From the NCBI GenBank assembly GCA_000146045.2, contig BK006946.2, positions 128,001 through 192,000 on the forward strand: 64,000 nucleotides of DNA, in the 5' to 3' direction. A program made the translations under genes and the position numbers. Position 1 is the stretch's first letter. Every line of letters begins with the position of its first letter. Origin of the DNA: TPA_inf: Saccharomyces. Lineage: Eukaryota. Below are positions 32,180-43,593 of this stretch, piece by piece. The notes under the pieces were generated by a model. It saw only the letters and a list, made by a program, of their open reading frames with translations, did not search any database and was not told the origin of the DNA.

Positions 32180-33994
32180 ATGTCTTCAGACGCTATAAGA
32201 AATACTGAGCAGATAAACGCCGCTATTAAAATTATAGAAAACAAAACAGAGCGTCCGCAATCGTCCACAACCCCTATAGATTCGAAGGCTAGTACAGTTG
32301 CTGCTGCTAATTCCACGGCCACAGAAACTTCCAGAGACCTTACACAATATACCCTAGATGACGGAAGAGTCGTATCGACAAACCGCAGAATAATGAATAA
32401 AGTGCCCGCCATCACGTCACATGTTCCTACAGATGAAGAGCTGTTCCAGCCCAATGGGATACCTCGTCACGAATTCCTAAGAGATCATTTCAAGCGCGAG
32501 GGCAAATTGTCGGCTGCGCAGGCGGCCAGGATCGTTACACTTGCAACGGAACTCTTCAGCAAAGAACCCAACCTTATATCTGTTCCCGCCCCAATCACAG
32601 TTTGCGGTGATATCCATGGCCAGTACTTTGACCTTTTGAAGCTATTCGAAGTTGGCGGAGATCCGGCCACTACATCGTATTTGTTCTTGGGAGACTATGT
32701 CGACAGAGGGTCCTTTTCGTTTGAGTGTCTTATTTATTTATATTCTTTGAAGCTGAATTTTAACGACCATTTCTGGCTACTGAGGGGTAACCACGAATGT
32801 AAGCATCTAACGTCATATTTCACTTTCAAAAATGAAATGCTGCACAAGTACAATCTAGATATTTACGAGAAATGCTGCGAATCGTTTAACAACTTGCCCC
32901 TGGCTGCGTTAATGAACGGACAGTATCTTTGTGTTCATGGTGGTATATCTCCCGAGTTAAACTCTTTACAGGACATTAACAACCTAAATAGATTCAGGGA
33001 GATTCCCTCTCATGGCCTGATGTGTGATCTGTTGTGGGCTGACCCGATTGAAGAGTACGACGAAGTCTTGGATAAAGACTTGACTGAGGAAGACATAGTG
33101 AACTCCAAAACCATGGTTCCTCATCATGGCAAGATGGCACCTTCAAGGGATATGTTTGTCCCAAACTCAGTAAGGGGCTGTTCATATGCCTTCACGTATC
33201 GTGCTGCGTGCCATTTTCTGCAAGAGACTGGCCTGTTGTCCATCATCAGGGCACACGAGGCTCAAGACGCTGGTTATAGAATGTACAAAAATACCAAGAC
33301 TTTGGGCTTTCCCTCTCTTTTGACCCTTTTCAGTGCGCCTAACTACTTGGACACCTACAATAATAAGGCTGCCATATTGAAATACGAAAATAATGTTATG
33401 AATATCAGACAATTCAACATGACTCCACACCCCTATTGGTTACCAGATTTCATGGACGTTTTCACGTGGTCCTTGCCATTTGTTGGTGAAAAAGTTACAG
33501 AGATGCTTGTCGCAATTCTAAACATCTGTACTGAAGATGAGCTGGAAAACGACACCCCCGTCATTGAAGAATTAGTTGGTACCGATAAAAAATTGCCACA
33601 AGCTGGTAAGTCGGAAGCAACTCCACAACCAGCCACTTCGGCGTCGCCTAAACATGCTTCCATTTTAGATGACGAACATCGAAGGAAAGCCTTACGAAAT
33701 AAGATTCTGGCCGTCGCCAAAGTTTCCAGAATGTATTCTGTTCTCAGAGAAGAAACCAATAAAGTTCAGTTTTTAAAAGATCACAATTCAGGCGTGTTGC
33801 CACGTGGCGCTTTATCTAATGGTGTAAAGGGTTTAGATGAAGCCCTGTCTACCTTTGAAAGGGCAAGAAAGCACGATTTAATTAATGAAAAATTACCGCC
33901 TTCACTAGACGAACTGAAAAACGAAAATAAGAAGTACTACGAAAAAGTTTGGCAGAAAGTACATGAACATGATGCAAAGAATGATAGCAAATAG
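32180..33994 (+). CDS. CMP2: Calcineurin A catalytic subunit (PP2B), 604 aa from the ATG at 32180 ([11 protein letters not shown]...). Contains GDIHGQ, GDYVDRG and GNHE phosphoesterase motifs.
   Basis: The track ORF of 631 aa starts at an upstream TTG; the first ATG is trimmed. PPP-family motifs present. Confidence 0.9.
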
Positions 33995-34193
33995 AGAAAG
34001 CTCCTATTTCCACTGTACATACTTCAATAAGTAAGTAAGTTGCATTAATTATCTATTTAGAAGCTAGATGCTCCTCAAATGCACAGAATCATATAGCGTT
34101 TTATTAGGTCTGTTCTTTATTTTAGTTTTGTTGATCTCTATGAAGGTATATTTATATGCAAAAATAAACTTTTAAATATCTATGGATGCTTAC

Positions 34194-36176
34194 TCAATTG
34201 TATAGACGTTTTTCATAGGAGTGCAAATTATGGACACCACCTTCTAATTGAGCAGAAGCGGTTCTGAATTCAAATCTAACTTCACCATTTTGAACATTCT
34301 CTTTCAATGAAGTTAGAGATTCGCAACCAATGTCTTGACAAGAATGTTGTAAACCGTTGTACAAATATGGAATAAACTTCTTGATGGAACCTTTGTCTAC
34401 GACAGCCCCAGAAACACCTTGTGCAACCAAGACACTGTCTGACTCAGAGAAATAACGAGAAGTAGAGGCATTACCCTTGTTACCGGTCTTTTGCATGGCG
34501 TCAATGGACCCCATACCACGATAAGCCTTCAATCTCTTACCATCCTTGTAGAAGTATTCACCTGGTGACTCGGTAGTACCAGCTAACATACCACCCATCA
34601 TGACGGTGGAGGAACCAAGGGCCAAAGCCTTGGTGATGTGGCCAATGTTTTGGACACCACCATCAGCCATACATGGAACGCCAAATTGGTTAGCAAATTG
34701 ACAAACGTTGTAGACAGCTGTACCTTGTGGTCTACCACAAGCCATAACTTCTTGAGTGATACAAATAGACCCAGAACCCATACCAATTCTTAAACCATCG
34801 GCACCGGCAGCAATCAAGTTAGCAGCTTGTTCTCTGGTGGCAACGTTACCAGCAATGATTTCCAAATCTGGGAAAGTTTCTTTAATCCATTTGATCATGT
34901 TCAATTGGAAAACAGAGTTACCTTGAGAGGAATCTAAGATAACAACATCCAAACCTGCTTCGACTAATAGTCTTAATCTTTCCTTATCAGCTTCGATAGT
35001 ACCAATTGCAGCACCACATAGCAATTGCTTGGTGGTGGCGGATTTAGAAGCTAACGGGTAGTTTTGATTCTTCATCAAATCCGCTCTTGACAACATGGAA
35101 ACGAGGTTACCGTTATCATCAACGATAAGCAATTTACCTTTCTTGGTTTGTTTTAGGATTTCATTACCTTCTTTCAAAGTAATACCCTTGATGCCAGTAA
35201 CTGGATTTTTAGTCATGACTTCAGAAACAACCAAAGAATCATCTTCTAAGAATTGTATATCACGAGAGGTGACTAACCCAACTAACTTACCTGGACACTT
35301 ACCGTCTTCTGTGTTCAAAAAGATGTACTTGTTTCCTTTTATTTTCTCAACTTTATGAAGACTGAAGAAATTTTCAGCCCAGCCAGAAAAGAAAAAAAAT
35401 AACAGTATTTACATAGCAATGTTAGTAAAATAAGCCACATATTTTTTTATCACATATATTAAGTTCCTCAAGTGCACTGCACGTCAATTAATCACACATA
35501 ATGGGCTTTCCGAAAAAGGTGCGAATATGATTTAATTCAGAGTAAAAGTTCTCTACAAGATCGTTTGATCACAGTCAGTAGAACGAAAGTTATTGATATA
35601 AAAAGTTGATCATCATCTTAGATCTTTTTCACACCTTGGAAAACTTTATGGATGATTAAAAAGCGCATTCTAATGAAAGAAACATAATACCAAAAATTTT
35701 GTCTATTATAACATACCAGTAACTGGGAAGCCAGAGAAACCAAACTTTCTCTTCATAACCTTAACTTCACCAACAGTGGTGGTTGGAGAAATTACTATTG
35801 GAGAATTGATGAAACCGTTTTCAAACATTTTAACTTTCTTGACCATGGAAGCCTGTTCCTTTGGAGTACAGTTGTGATGGATGAAACCAATACCACCCAA
35901 TAAAGCCATATAAATAGCCATATCAGCTTCAGTGACTGTGTCCATAGGAGAAGAGACAAAAGGAGTGTTCAAAGTGATTTTCTTGGTCAATTTGGTTTGC
36001 AAACTGACAGCAGAAGATGGGAAATTGACCAAGCCTGGTAAGACCAAAAAATCATTGTAGGTCAACCCACCTCTAGTTGTGGAGTCCATCAATTCCTGGA
36101 CAGAAAGACCGTCCTTGGAACTGTATGTCTTCAAATGTTCTAAAGCCTTTTTGTAATCCAATGGAGCAGCACTCAT
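34194..36176 (-). CDS. IMD4: IMP dehydrogenase, spliced. Exon 1 is 35717..36176, the intron is 35309..35716 (408 nt) and exon 2 is 34194..35308. Total 524 aa.
   Basis: Minus-strand ATG at 36176 ([10 protein letters not shown]...), GTATGT at 35716-35711, TACTAAC at 35427-35421, and a 3' CACAG ending at 35309. Exon 2 resumes at AAGACGGTAAGTGTCC (E-D-G-K-C-P) in frame with the 374-aa track ORF. CBS and IMPDH catalytic motifs are present. Confidence 0.9.
35533..35622 (-). ncRNA. SNR54: Box C/D snoRNA inside the IMD4 intron (consistent with snR54)
   Basis: The minus strand reads GATGATGA (box C) near 35617-35610. CTGA motifs (D' and D) lie at 35578-35575 and 35540-35537. The block is about 90 nt, positioned well between the 5' splice site and the branch point. 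Ends are approximate. Confidence 0.55.
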
Positions 36177-36789
36177 CGTAAAATGTTTGTTAGGTTTCTT
36201 CAAAGCTATGGAATTGGTCCAATATCCTTTGGTTCAAGCAGCAAAGAAGACCAGAGAAAATGTAAAAGCCACCATTTTTTCGTAAAAAAATTTAAGCCCA
36301 AGAGTTTGAGAAAAAGAGATGAAAAAATGCGATGAGCCAAGCATGATTTGAATCGGATGGATTCTCAACTGATATTTATATGGCTTTTTCAGTTTTTTTT
36401 TTTTTTTTTTTTTTTTTCAGCATCTCGAAGAGCAAAAAAAAGGAACGAAAAAGTGCCACGGCAAAGAGTTTTTCACATTAGGGCTGCCAGAAAGAAAAGA
36501 GTAAGCAGATTTGAGGATTAAAAGCACTAGTGCGTCCCTCAAGTCTATCATAACAATTTTATGTATTGATGGAGTGTAGTTGTTTTTTAAATAGTACCAT
36601 TAGCTAGCTTCTTGTAAGATCAATGTACTTTTGTAAAGGAATATGCCTTCTTGATGAGGCGGAACCTTTAAGAGATTTTTTCAGTTCTGCAAAATCATAC
36701 CAGACAAAAAATGACAATTGTACACGTTGAAACGGAATTATAGAAGGAAAAGCACAAGTTATTGTAAGGAAAAGAGACGCCTGTTCAAG

Positions 36790-37326
36790 ATGAGTTCTGC
36801 TAAACCTATTAATGTATATTCAATCCCGGAGTTGAACCAAGCTTTAGATGAAGCCCTACCTTCTGTTTTCGCGAGATTAAATTACGAGAGATCATACGCT
36901 TTACTCGATGCTAAATTGTACATAGGTTATTCCATAGCTGTTGTAGCTGGTTTGAGTTTCTTCTTGGATAAAAAATTTGAGAGAGATCAGATTGTTACGT
37001 ATCAAAAGCTTTTGGTAGGCGCATATTTTGTGCTCTCGCTACTTTTCTGGTATTTCTCTCGTTTTATTGAAAAGGGGACTGTTTATGTGGGAAAGAGAAG
37101 AGGTACAAAGGAGGAAATATATGTAAAGACAAAGTTCGAAAAGAACGAACCATTATATCTGGTTGAGCTTGTTCAGAAAAAAAAGGGAGAAAACTCCAAG
37201 AAGGAGTTGAAGGCAAAATTAGAAGTGAATAAGGTTTTTAATGAAAGTGGATATTTACAGAACGATGCGTATTTTAAGTGGTTCTCTGAACAGCACAATG
37301 TCCTCGACACCAAAAAAAATGAATAA
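36790..37326 (+). CDS. SPC2: Signal peptidase complex subunit, 178 aa from the ATG at 36790 (MSSAKPINVYSIPELNQ...)
   Basis: The track ORF is 202 aa with an upstream non-ATG start. Two TM segments; divergent from IMD4 across a T25 tract. Confidence 0.8.
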   Translation: MSSAKPINVYSIPELNQALDEALPSVFARLNYERSYALLDAKLYIGYSIAVVAGLSFFLDKKFERDQIVTYQKLLVGAYFVLSLLFWYFSRFIEKGTVYVGKRRGTKEEIYVKTKFEKNEPLYLVELVQKKKGENSKKELKAKLEVNKVFNESGYLQNDAYFKWFSEQHNVLDTKKNE

Positions 37327-37532
37327 ATAATGTATAAAACATATAACTTTGCAAATGATTCAAAAATTCAAATTTTCTCTCTCTCTCTCTATAAACATAA
37401 ATATATATGTGTATATGTTTTCTTTTTTTTTTTTTTTTTTTTTTGAATGATATTAAGTTATACGAATGTTCGATAATATATATGTATGAATAAATAAAAA
37501 GTTTTTAAAGTAGCCTTAAAGCTAGGCTATAA

Positions 37533-39308
37533 TCATGCATCCTCAAATTCTGTTAAAGTAGGTCCCTCATAAACTTCATTATACAGCACGTCGTTTGGTA
37601 CTCCAACTGTTCTTGCCTTTAGTGTTGATAGATCTAAAAGATCAGGCTTCAATTCCGCAATGCTAGTAACACCTAATAGTCTCATAGACATTTCAATTTC
37701 ATCTCTTAAAATTTCAATGGCTTTTTCAACACCATTACGACCATAGCATGAGTTCGCATACAAGAATGGTCTACCCAAACCAACACCTTTAGCACCTAGA
37801 CATAACGCTTTCAAGACATCTGTACCACGACGAACACCACCGTCCACGAAAACTTCCAACTTATCCTTCAAGTTACGTTGTTCCAGGATTGGCATGGTTT
37901 CAGCCAGGACTTCAATGGGAGCCCTTGAAAAATCTAATTGTCTACCACCATGATTGGATAGAACCACCCCACTTACACCGATTTCTGCTGCTTTGATAAC
38001 ATCTTCGGTACGTTGAACACCTTTGATAACAATAGGTAGTTTTGTCTTTTTCTTCAACTCTTCTATATCTTTCCAAGTCAAAGAGGGGTCAATAAACTTT
38101 GATAACGCTCTCGAAGCACCTTGAGATTCTTCTACATTAGTTTTCTTCATCGCTTTTGGACCAGCCTTTGTATTGGAAAATTTCAGCTTCATATCTTTTT
38201 CTCTTTGACCTAAACTTGGAGCATCCACAGTGACAAATAATGCCTTTACACCCAGCTTTTCTACATTTTTAACCAAATCATCAGTGATCTTTCTATCAGA
38301 GTTAACATATAGTTGGTACCATTGAATTTGTTTATCAGAGGGTGCTGCTTCAATAATTTCCTCAGGGGAACATGAAGCCAAAGTAGATATCATTTGTGGG
38401 ACTTTTGTCACACCTTGGCCACAACCTCTGGCGACATCTTTTTCACCTTCTAAGGGGTTTCCCAGTTTACACAAAGCTGTAGCAGACACGTAGAAGGGAA
38501 CATCCACATGAGAACCCAACATGTCAGTTGAAATGTCTACTTTGCGTACATCTACAAGGATCTTTGGTTTGAAAAAAATCCTATGATAAGCATTATGGTT
38601 TTCTCTGTGAGTAACTTCGTCGTTAGCACCGGAGGAATAGTAGGCCCACGCTTGTTTAGTCAAAGTTTGAGAGGCCAAGTATTCAAAGTCGTAAAGGTTA
38701 ATAATATTATCTAGAGGAGGTAGCAGCGATTTTAGTTGTTCTTTTCTAGCGATATCTTCCTTAGTTTCACCAGGAGCATAAGGAGGACAGACAAGTTCAG
38801 GAGGCATGGATCCTTGAAGGGGACCCAATTTTTTCTCGGGAGCTATATACTTATCGATGACATTAGGAGCATGTAGTGGTTCAAAAATAGCAGTGACATC
38901 TTTCCCGGCGTTAAACTTGATAACATCCTGCCCACCTGGATGATTTGGTAGGAATCGCGTTAAGTCGTATACGTAACCATTGATCACAACCCAACAATCA
39001 TCGGGCTTGTTATGCTTGGCAACTTCAGCGGGCGAAATCTTTTGTTTATTCATATCCAGTTTCGGCTCGTTGTCTATTTGGCCATTATGCCAGTTTAGAT
39101 ACGCCACGGAACTAGTAGCGGCTAGAATTGCACCGACTCTCAAGGCAGTCCATGACTGTGTGCGTTTTCTTGAGTCTTGTTCGAACGACTTGGATTTTGG
39201 AACGGTAGAACCGTACGCGCGGATTGTGTTCAATCTAGTCTTAGACGCTCTGAGGATAGCAGCCTCACAGTTCTTCGAGATTTTTAGTAAAGGTTTGTAT
39301 TTTAGCAT
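37533..39308 (-). CDS. CYB2: L-lactate:cytochrome c oxidoreductase (flavocytochrome b2), 591 aa. Has a cytochrome b5-like heme domain (HPGG) plus an FMN-dependent alpha-hydroxy acid dehydrogenase domain.
   Basis: ORF track; N-terminal mitochondrial presequence, HPGG heme motif, FMN dehydrogenase motifs. Confidence 0.95.
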   Translation of the reverse strand: MLKYKPLLKISKNCEAAILRASKTRLNTIRAYGSTVPKSKSFEQDSRKRTQSWTALRVGAILAATSSVAYLNWHNGQIDNEPKLDMNKQKISPAEVAKHNKPDDCWVVINGYVYDLTRFLPNHPGGQDVIKFNAGKDVTAIFEPLHAPNVIDKYIAPEKKLGPLQGSMPPELVCPPYAPGETKEDIARKEQLKSLLPPLDNIINLYDFEYLASQTLTKQAWAYYSSGANDEVTHRENHNAYHRIFFKPKILVDVRKVDISTDMLGSHVDVPFYVSATALCKLGNPLEGEKDVARGCGQGVTKVPQMISTLASCSPEEIIEAAPSDKQIQWYQLYVNSDRKITDDLVKNVEKLGVKALFVTVDAPSLGQREKDMKLKFSNTKAGPKAMKKTNVEESQGASRALSKFIDPSLTWKDIEELKKKTKLPIVIKGVQRTEDVIKAAEIGVSGVVLSNHGGRQLDFSRAPIEVLAETMPILEQRNLKDKLEVFVDGGVRRGTDVLKALCLGAKGVGLGRPFLYANSCYGRNGVEKAIEILRDEIEMSMRLLGVTSIAELKPDLLDLSTLKARTVGVPNDVLYNEVYEGPTLTEFEDA

Positions 39309-39969
39309 TGACTACTTTTGTTTGCTTTCTTCTCTATGCGGGAACTGTATTAGCGACATAGGATGTAAGAATACGAAAAGATGCAAGAAGATTAGTCGAC
39401 CAGGTACTTATATATTCACATACTCCAACTGAAAGTATTGGAGATCTAAGGTTCAGCAGTTGGTTCTTGGCGGTTCTTGTATGACATTATTATTGGTCGG
39501 GTCGTAGTTCTCTCGAACAGGAGGAGGGGGCAAGGAGATATCGGCAGGCTTTTTGCTAGCGCCTTGTTTGAAAAGCGTGGGGGTAGGTCTCCAAGCGATT
39601 ATTGAGGAAGTAGTTTCAAGTATTACAGAGTCCAGGGCACAAGGGTCTTCATTATAGAGAGAGAATTTTCGTGAAAAAAATGGGCAGAATGCCACATGTT
39701 AGCAATGCAACGACTTGAGTGGGGGGTGATCCTTCCGATGTATGCGTGAAAGATCTCGTGTTGTGCAGGAAAGGGAATCATTTCGGAAAAAAAAGATGCA
39801 ACAAGGAGGATGGCATGTGGATACTACGTTCTTGCGTAATATCCTTTTTGTTGCCTGTGTTAATACGTGAGCAACATTTTTTGTTAAAGTAGGCGATCAA
39901 CTATTGCCCCCTGATATTGGTAGTAATTCTGCTAAAATATCGGCTGAGAAATGGTGATTCTCAAATAAT

Positions 39970-40262
39970 TGCTGGGATTCCACTGGATATGGCCCCATTC
40001 TTAGATATATGGAACGTAGTAGAAGGCCTCTTAGAGGCTATGGGAGTCTCTCAAGAGAAAATCGACATTTTTACGTAATCATTCGTTCATTTCACTTTAT
40101 ACGTCATGATTCAATATCGTATTACTTTATCAAGTACCCGCGTTTAAACTTCATTAAATGACTGCGTCTCAATCTTTATGTCATCCTCCCTCCGCAAGTG
40201 ACAATGTACTGGTAAAATAAAAACTAACTAACTAGATGATATTTTTAGAGTTTTATTCCAAC
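39970..40262 (-). mobile_element. Degenerate solo LTR (delta/tau-like), reverse orientation. Its termini read TGTTGGAATAAAACTC ... GTGGAATCCCAGCA in reverse complement.
   Basis: Terminal similarity to Ty1/Ty2 LTR ends with a strongly diverged interior. Lies about 530 bp upstream of tY(GUA). Confidence 0.45.
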
Positions 40263-40375
40263 GTTTCTCAATAGGCGATGGAGGAACAGAGTGAATATAA
40301 GAGGCTCTGTGGATTTATGGTTACCGGATTTATTTCGTAAATTCTTATTGAAGAATGGGTGAATTTTGAGATAAT

Positions 40376-40681
40376 CGTTGGGATTCCATTTTTAATAAGG
40401 CAATAATATTAGGTATGTAGAATGTACTAGAAGTTCTCCTCGAGGATTTAGGAATCCATAAAAGGGAATCTGCAATTCTACACAATTCTATAAATATTAT
40501 TATCATCATTTTATATGTTAATATTCATTGATCCTATTACATTATCAATCCTTGCGTTTCAGCTTCCACTAATTTAGATGACTATTTCTCATCATTTGCG
40601 TCATCTTCTAACACCGTATATGATAATATACTAGTAACGTAAATACTAGTTAGTAGATGATAGTTGATTTTTATTCCAACA
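40376..40681 (-). mobile_element. Solo Ty1 delta LTR, reverse orientation, about 115 bp upstream of tY(GUA)
   Basis: The reverse complement reads TGTTGGAATAAAAATCAACTATCATCTACTAACTAGTATTTACGTTACTAGTATATTATCATATACGGTGTTAGAAGATGACGCAAATGATGAGAAATAGTCATCTAAATTAGTGGAAGCTGAAACGCAAGGATTGATAATGTAATAGG ... CTCGAGGAGAACTTCTAGTACATTCTACATACC ... GGAATCCCAACG. The internal region is diverged. Confidence 0.8.
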
Positions 40682-40794
40682 CTTATATTCTATATATCCA
40701 TAACATTGTCTACATATAATCCGAGAGGTTACGACAACATTCATATAATAAGGGTAGTACTGACACTTTATTTTGAAGTAAATCAAAATAGTCA

Positions 40795-40883
40795 CTCTCG
40801 GTAGCCAAGTTGGTTTAAGGCGCAAGACTGTAATTTACCACTACGAAATCTTGAGATCGGGCGTTCGACTCGCCCCCGGGAGA
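40795..40883 (+). tRNA. tY(GUA): tRNA-Tyr (GUA), 89 nt including a 14-nt intron (40834..40847, TTTACCACTACGAA)
   Basis: CTCTCGGTAGCCAAGTTGGTTTAAGGCGCAAGACTGTAA[intron]ATCTTGAGATCGGGCGTTCGACTCGCCCCCGGGAGA. The intron sits 1 nt 3' of the anticodon, the canonical position. Confidence 0.92.
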
Positions 40884-41115
40884 TATTTTTTTTCCCTTTT
40901 TCTCCAGGCCTAGTGAGGTTTGAGTTTTGAACGTTTTATAGATAGATGTAAGGTAGCCAGAATGAGCACTTAGCCTTTAAAGTAAATTGAGTAGAGATAC
41001 GTAAACAGTCGTGATAAATATGTAATACATTGTATTATTTTAAATAGGTTAAATTTTCTTTTTTTTTTTTCCATTTCATTTTCATTTTCATTTCCTGCAG
41101 TTATTTTTTTTCTTA

Positions 41116-41754
41116 TTAATCTATATCCATGTAATCGTTAGCGATATTGTTGTTAGTCAACGCGGCCATGGCAGTACCGGGTGCTTGTGATGCAATTATA
41201 CTTTGGGATGGTAGAAGATGATACTGGTGTTGTATAATACTAGCACTTCCAGTAGGACTCGTGCCTGTTATGTCGCGATTAGTGTTACCGAAATAACCAT
41301 GAATCATGTACTCTTCTGTTTCAGAATAAAATTCAGATTCGTTCAGTAAGCGGCTGTTCATAGTGTGGTGCATACTAACCGGTTTCAGGGGACATATTTC
41401 GATATTTTTTTTATAATGAATATTATTGTAGGTTGCAGTATTATTGCTGTTATTATGATTATGGTTATTATTATTATTATTGTTGTTGTTGTTGTTGTTG
41501 ATGATGATGTTGTTGTTGTTGTTATTAAGATTAGCACACCCGGAACCGACCGAAAACTTTGTACTTACAGAATCTCGTTTTGTTCTCTTCGATCTTTGGT
41601 AGAAAGTGTGTGTATCAAACTCGAAATGGTCATTTTTTCTTTTATTCATGATCGTATCATTATTGGCGTCGCTGTTGTATGTAGTGGCGGCATTGCTACC
41701 GGAATTGCAATTGTTTGTTTGGAACGCAGTATTGTGTTCATAGTATGAGAGCAT
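41116..41754 (-). CDS. YML053C: Uncharacterized Asn-rich protein, 212 aa from the first ATG (MLSYYEHNTAF...), with a poly-Asn tract
   Basis: The track ORF of 216 aa starts at a GTG; the first ATG is 4 codons in. The (AAT/AAC)n tract at about 41440-41540 encodes the N-run. Confidence 0.65.
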   Translation of the reverse strand: MLSYYEHNTAFQTNNCNSGSNAATTYNSDANNDTIMNKRKNDHFEFDTHTFYQRSKRTKRDSVSTKFSVGSGCANLNNNNNNIIINNNNNNNNNNNNHNHNNSNNTATYNNIHYKKNIEICPLKPVSMHHTMNSRLLNESEFYSETEEYMIHGYFGNTNRDITGTSPTGSASIIQHQYHLLPSQSIIASQAPGTAMAALTNNNIANDYMDID

Positions 41755-42401
41755 TTCACGCAGCACACTTGAGTCTTAAATTAATGAATAAAAGCAGCCA
41801 ACCCCAAGAAAAAAGAGCCCTTATCTGTTTCTGTCGCAGTCCTATTGTATTCTTCCTAACTATATAATTTTGTCAAAATGAAAAATATAAAAAAAATAAT
41901 AAAGTCAGCTGAGTGGTAAAGAGAAAGCAAAGGGAGAGAAAAATCGGTTACCCAGATGGATTAGGTTACCCAGATGTCATACGTGTATCATGATTTCTAG
42001 AAATTATTACCCTGTTTGGTACCATGACAACGGATATGGCAATCTTGCATTAAGTAAAATGTCTCTAATGGGACCGTGAAGGTACAAAACAGCAATGGTC
42101 TAGGTAGTGGCATTCGAAGCTTCGAAAGCGTGGCCTCGCCTCGAGCGTGAAGTCATATTTTCTCACTCTGCACTGCCGTGCTGTGCCATGTAGCCCACTG
42201 TATGCCTCTAGCACCCCAATCGGGAAAATTGTAAACATTAGCAGGTGTCGCCTCGAGGCCCCCGATACATTTTTCAACATCTCCTCGATACTTAAACAGC
42301 AAACAAACAAGCAACACCCACGCAAGAAGATTTATTAATACCTCTTGACTCCCGTAGATATTGAAGAGACTAAGTATAGTAACGCATATCCGCACAATAC
42401 T

Positions 42402-43310
42402 ATGGTTAAGGTCTGGAATATAGTACTACGTCTGGTAGTGTTGCTGTTTTTAGCAGGTAATACCTTGCTGTTAATTTTGATGATTATATCTGGTGCCACG
42501 GACCATTACCCCGTGAACAGATTCTATTGGGTGCAGGGCAATACAACAGGCATACCTAATGCTGGGGATGAAACACGTTGGACGTTTTGGGGCGCCTGTC
42601 TACAGGATAAAGACGGGTCGGATACCTGCACAAGCAATTTGGCACCTGCATACCCCATTTCCCCAGTAGATAACTTCAACACACACATCAATGTCCCTCA
42701 CCAGTTTATTTCCAAAAGAGACGCTTTTTACTACCTGACTAGATTTTCATTTTGTTTCTTTTGGATTGCGCTTGCCTTTGTAGGTGTGTCGTTTATCCTT
42801 TACGTTTTGACTTGGTGCTCGAAGATGCTTTCAGAGATGGTGCTTATCCTCATGTCTTTTGGGTTTGTCTTCAATACGGCAGCCGTTGTCTTGCAAACGG
42901 CCGCCTCTGCCATGGCAAAGAATGCTTTCCATGACGATCATCGTAGTGCCCAATTGGGTGCCTCTATGATGGGTATGGCTTGGGCAAGTGTCTTTTTATG
43001 TATCGTGGAATTTATCCTGCTGGTCTTCTGGTCTGTTAGGGCAAGGTTGGCCTCTACTTACTCCATCGACAATTCAAGATACAGAACCTCCTCCAGATGG
43101 AATCCCTTCCATAGAGAGAAGGAGCAAGCAACTGACCCAATATTGACTGCCACTGGACCTGAAGACATGCAACAAAGTGCAAGCATAGTGGGGCCTTCTT
43201 CCAATGCTAATCCGGTCACTGCCACTGCTGCTACGGAAAACCAACCTAAAGGTATTAACTTCTTCACTATAAGAAAATCACACGAGCGCCCGGACGATGT
43301 CTCTGTTTAA
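42402..43310 (+). CDS. SUR7: Eisosome / MCC plasma-membrane tetraspan protein, 302 aa from the ATG at 42402 (MVKVWNIVLRLVVLLFLAG...)
   Basis: The track ORF of 321 aa starts upstream; it is trimmed to the first ATG. Four TM segments. Confidence 0.88.
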   Translation: MVKVWNIVLRLVVLLFLAGNTLLLILMIISGATDHYPVNRFYWVQGNTTGIPNAGDETRWTFWGACLQDKDGSDTCTSNLAPAYPISPVDNFNTHINVPHQFISKRDAFYYLTRFSFCFFWIALAFVGVSFILYVLTWCSKMLSEMVLILMSFGFVFNTAAVVLQTAASAMAKNAFHDDHRSAQLGASMMGMAWASVFLCIVEFILLVFWSVRARLASTYSIDNSRYRTSSRWNPFHREKEQATDPILTATGPEDMQQSASIVGPSSNANPVTATAATENQPKGINFFTIRKSHERPDDVSV

Positions 43311-43421
43311 ATGGCGCAAGTTTTCCGCTTTGTAATATATATTTATACCCCTTTCTTCTCTCCCCTGCAATATAATAGTTTAATTCTAATATTAATAATA
43401 TCCTATATTTTCTTCATTTAC

Positions 43422-43438
43422 CGGCGCACTCTCGCCCG
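43422..43438. promoter_or_regulatory. Gal4-binding site (UAS-GAL) CGG-N11-CCG: CGGCGCACTCTCGCCCG, about 160 bp upstream of the GAL80 ATG
   Basis: Exact CGG(N11)CCG match in the GAL80 promoter. GAL80 is known to be Gal4-autoregulated through a single UAS-GAL. Confidence 0.7.
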
Positions 43439-43593
43439 AACGACCTCAAAATGTCTGCTACATTCATAATAACCAAAAGCTCATAACTTTTTTTTTTGAA
43501 CCTGAATATATATACATCACATATCACTGCTGGTCCTTGCCGACCAGCGTATACAATCTCGATAGTTGGTTTCCCGTTCTTTCCACTCCCGTC

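Noticed and set aside
39309-39960. Hap1 (CGG-N6-CGG) site in the CYB2 promoter
   Set aside because: No convincing CGGnnnTAnCGG match could be read by eye in this interval, so no specific site is reported.
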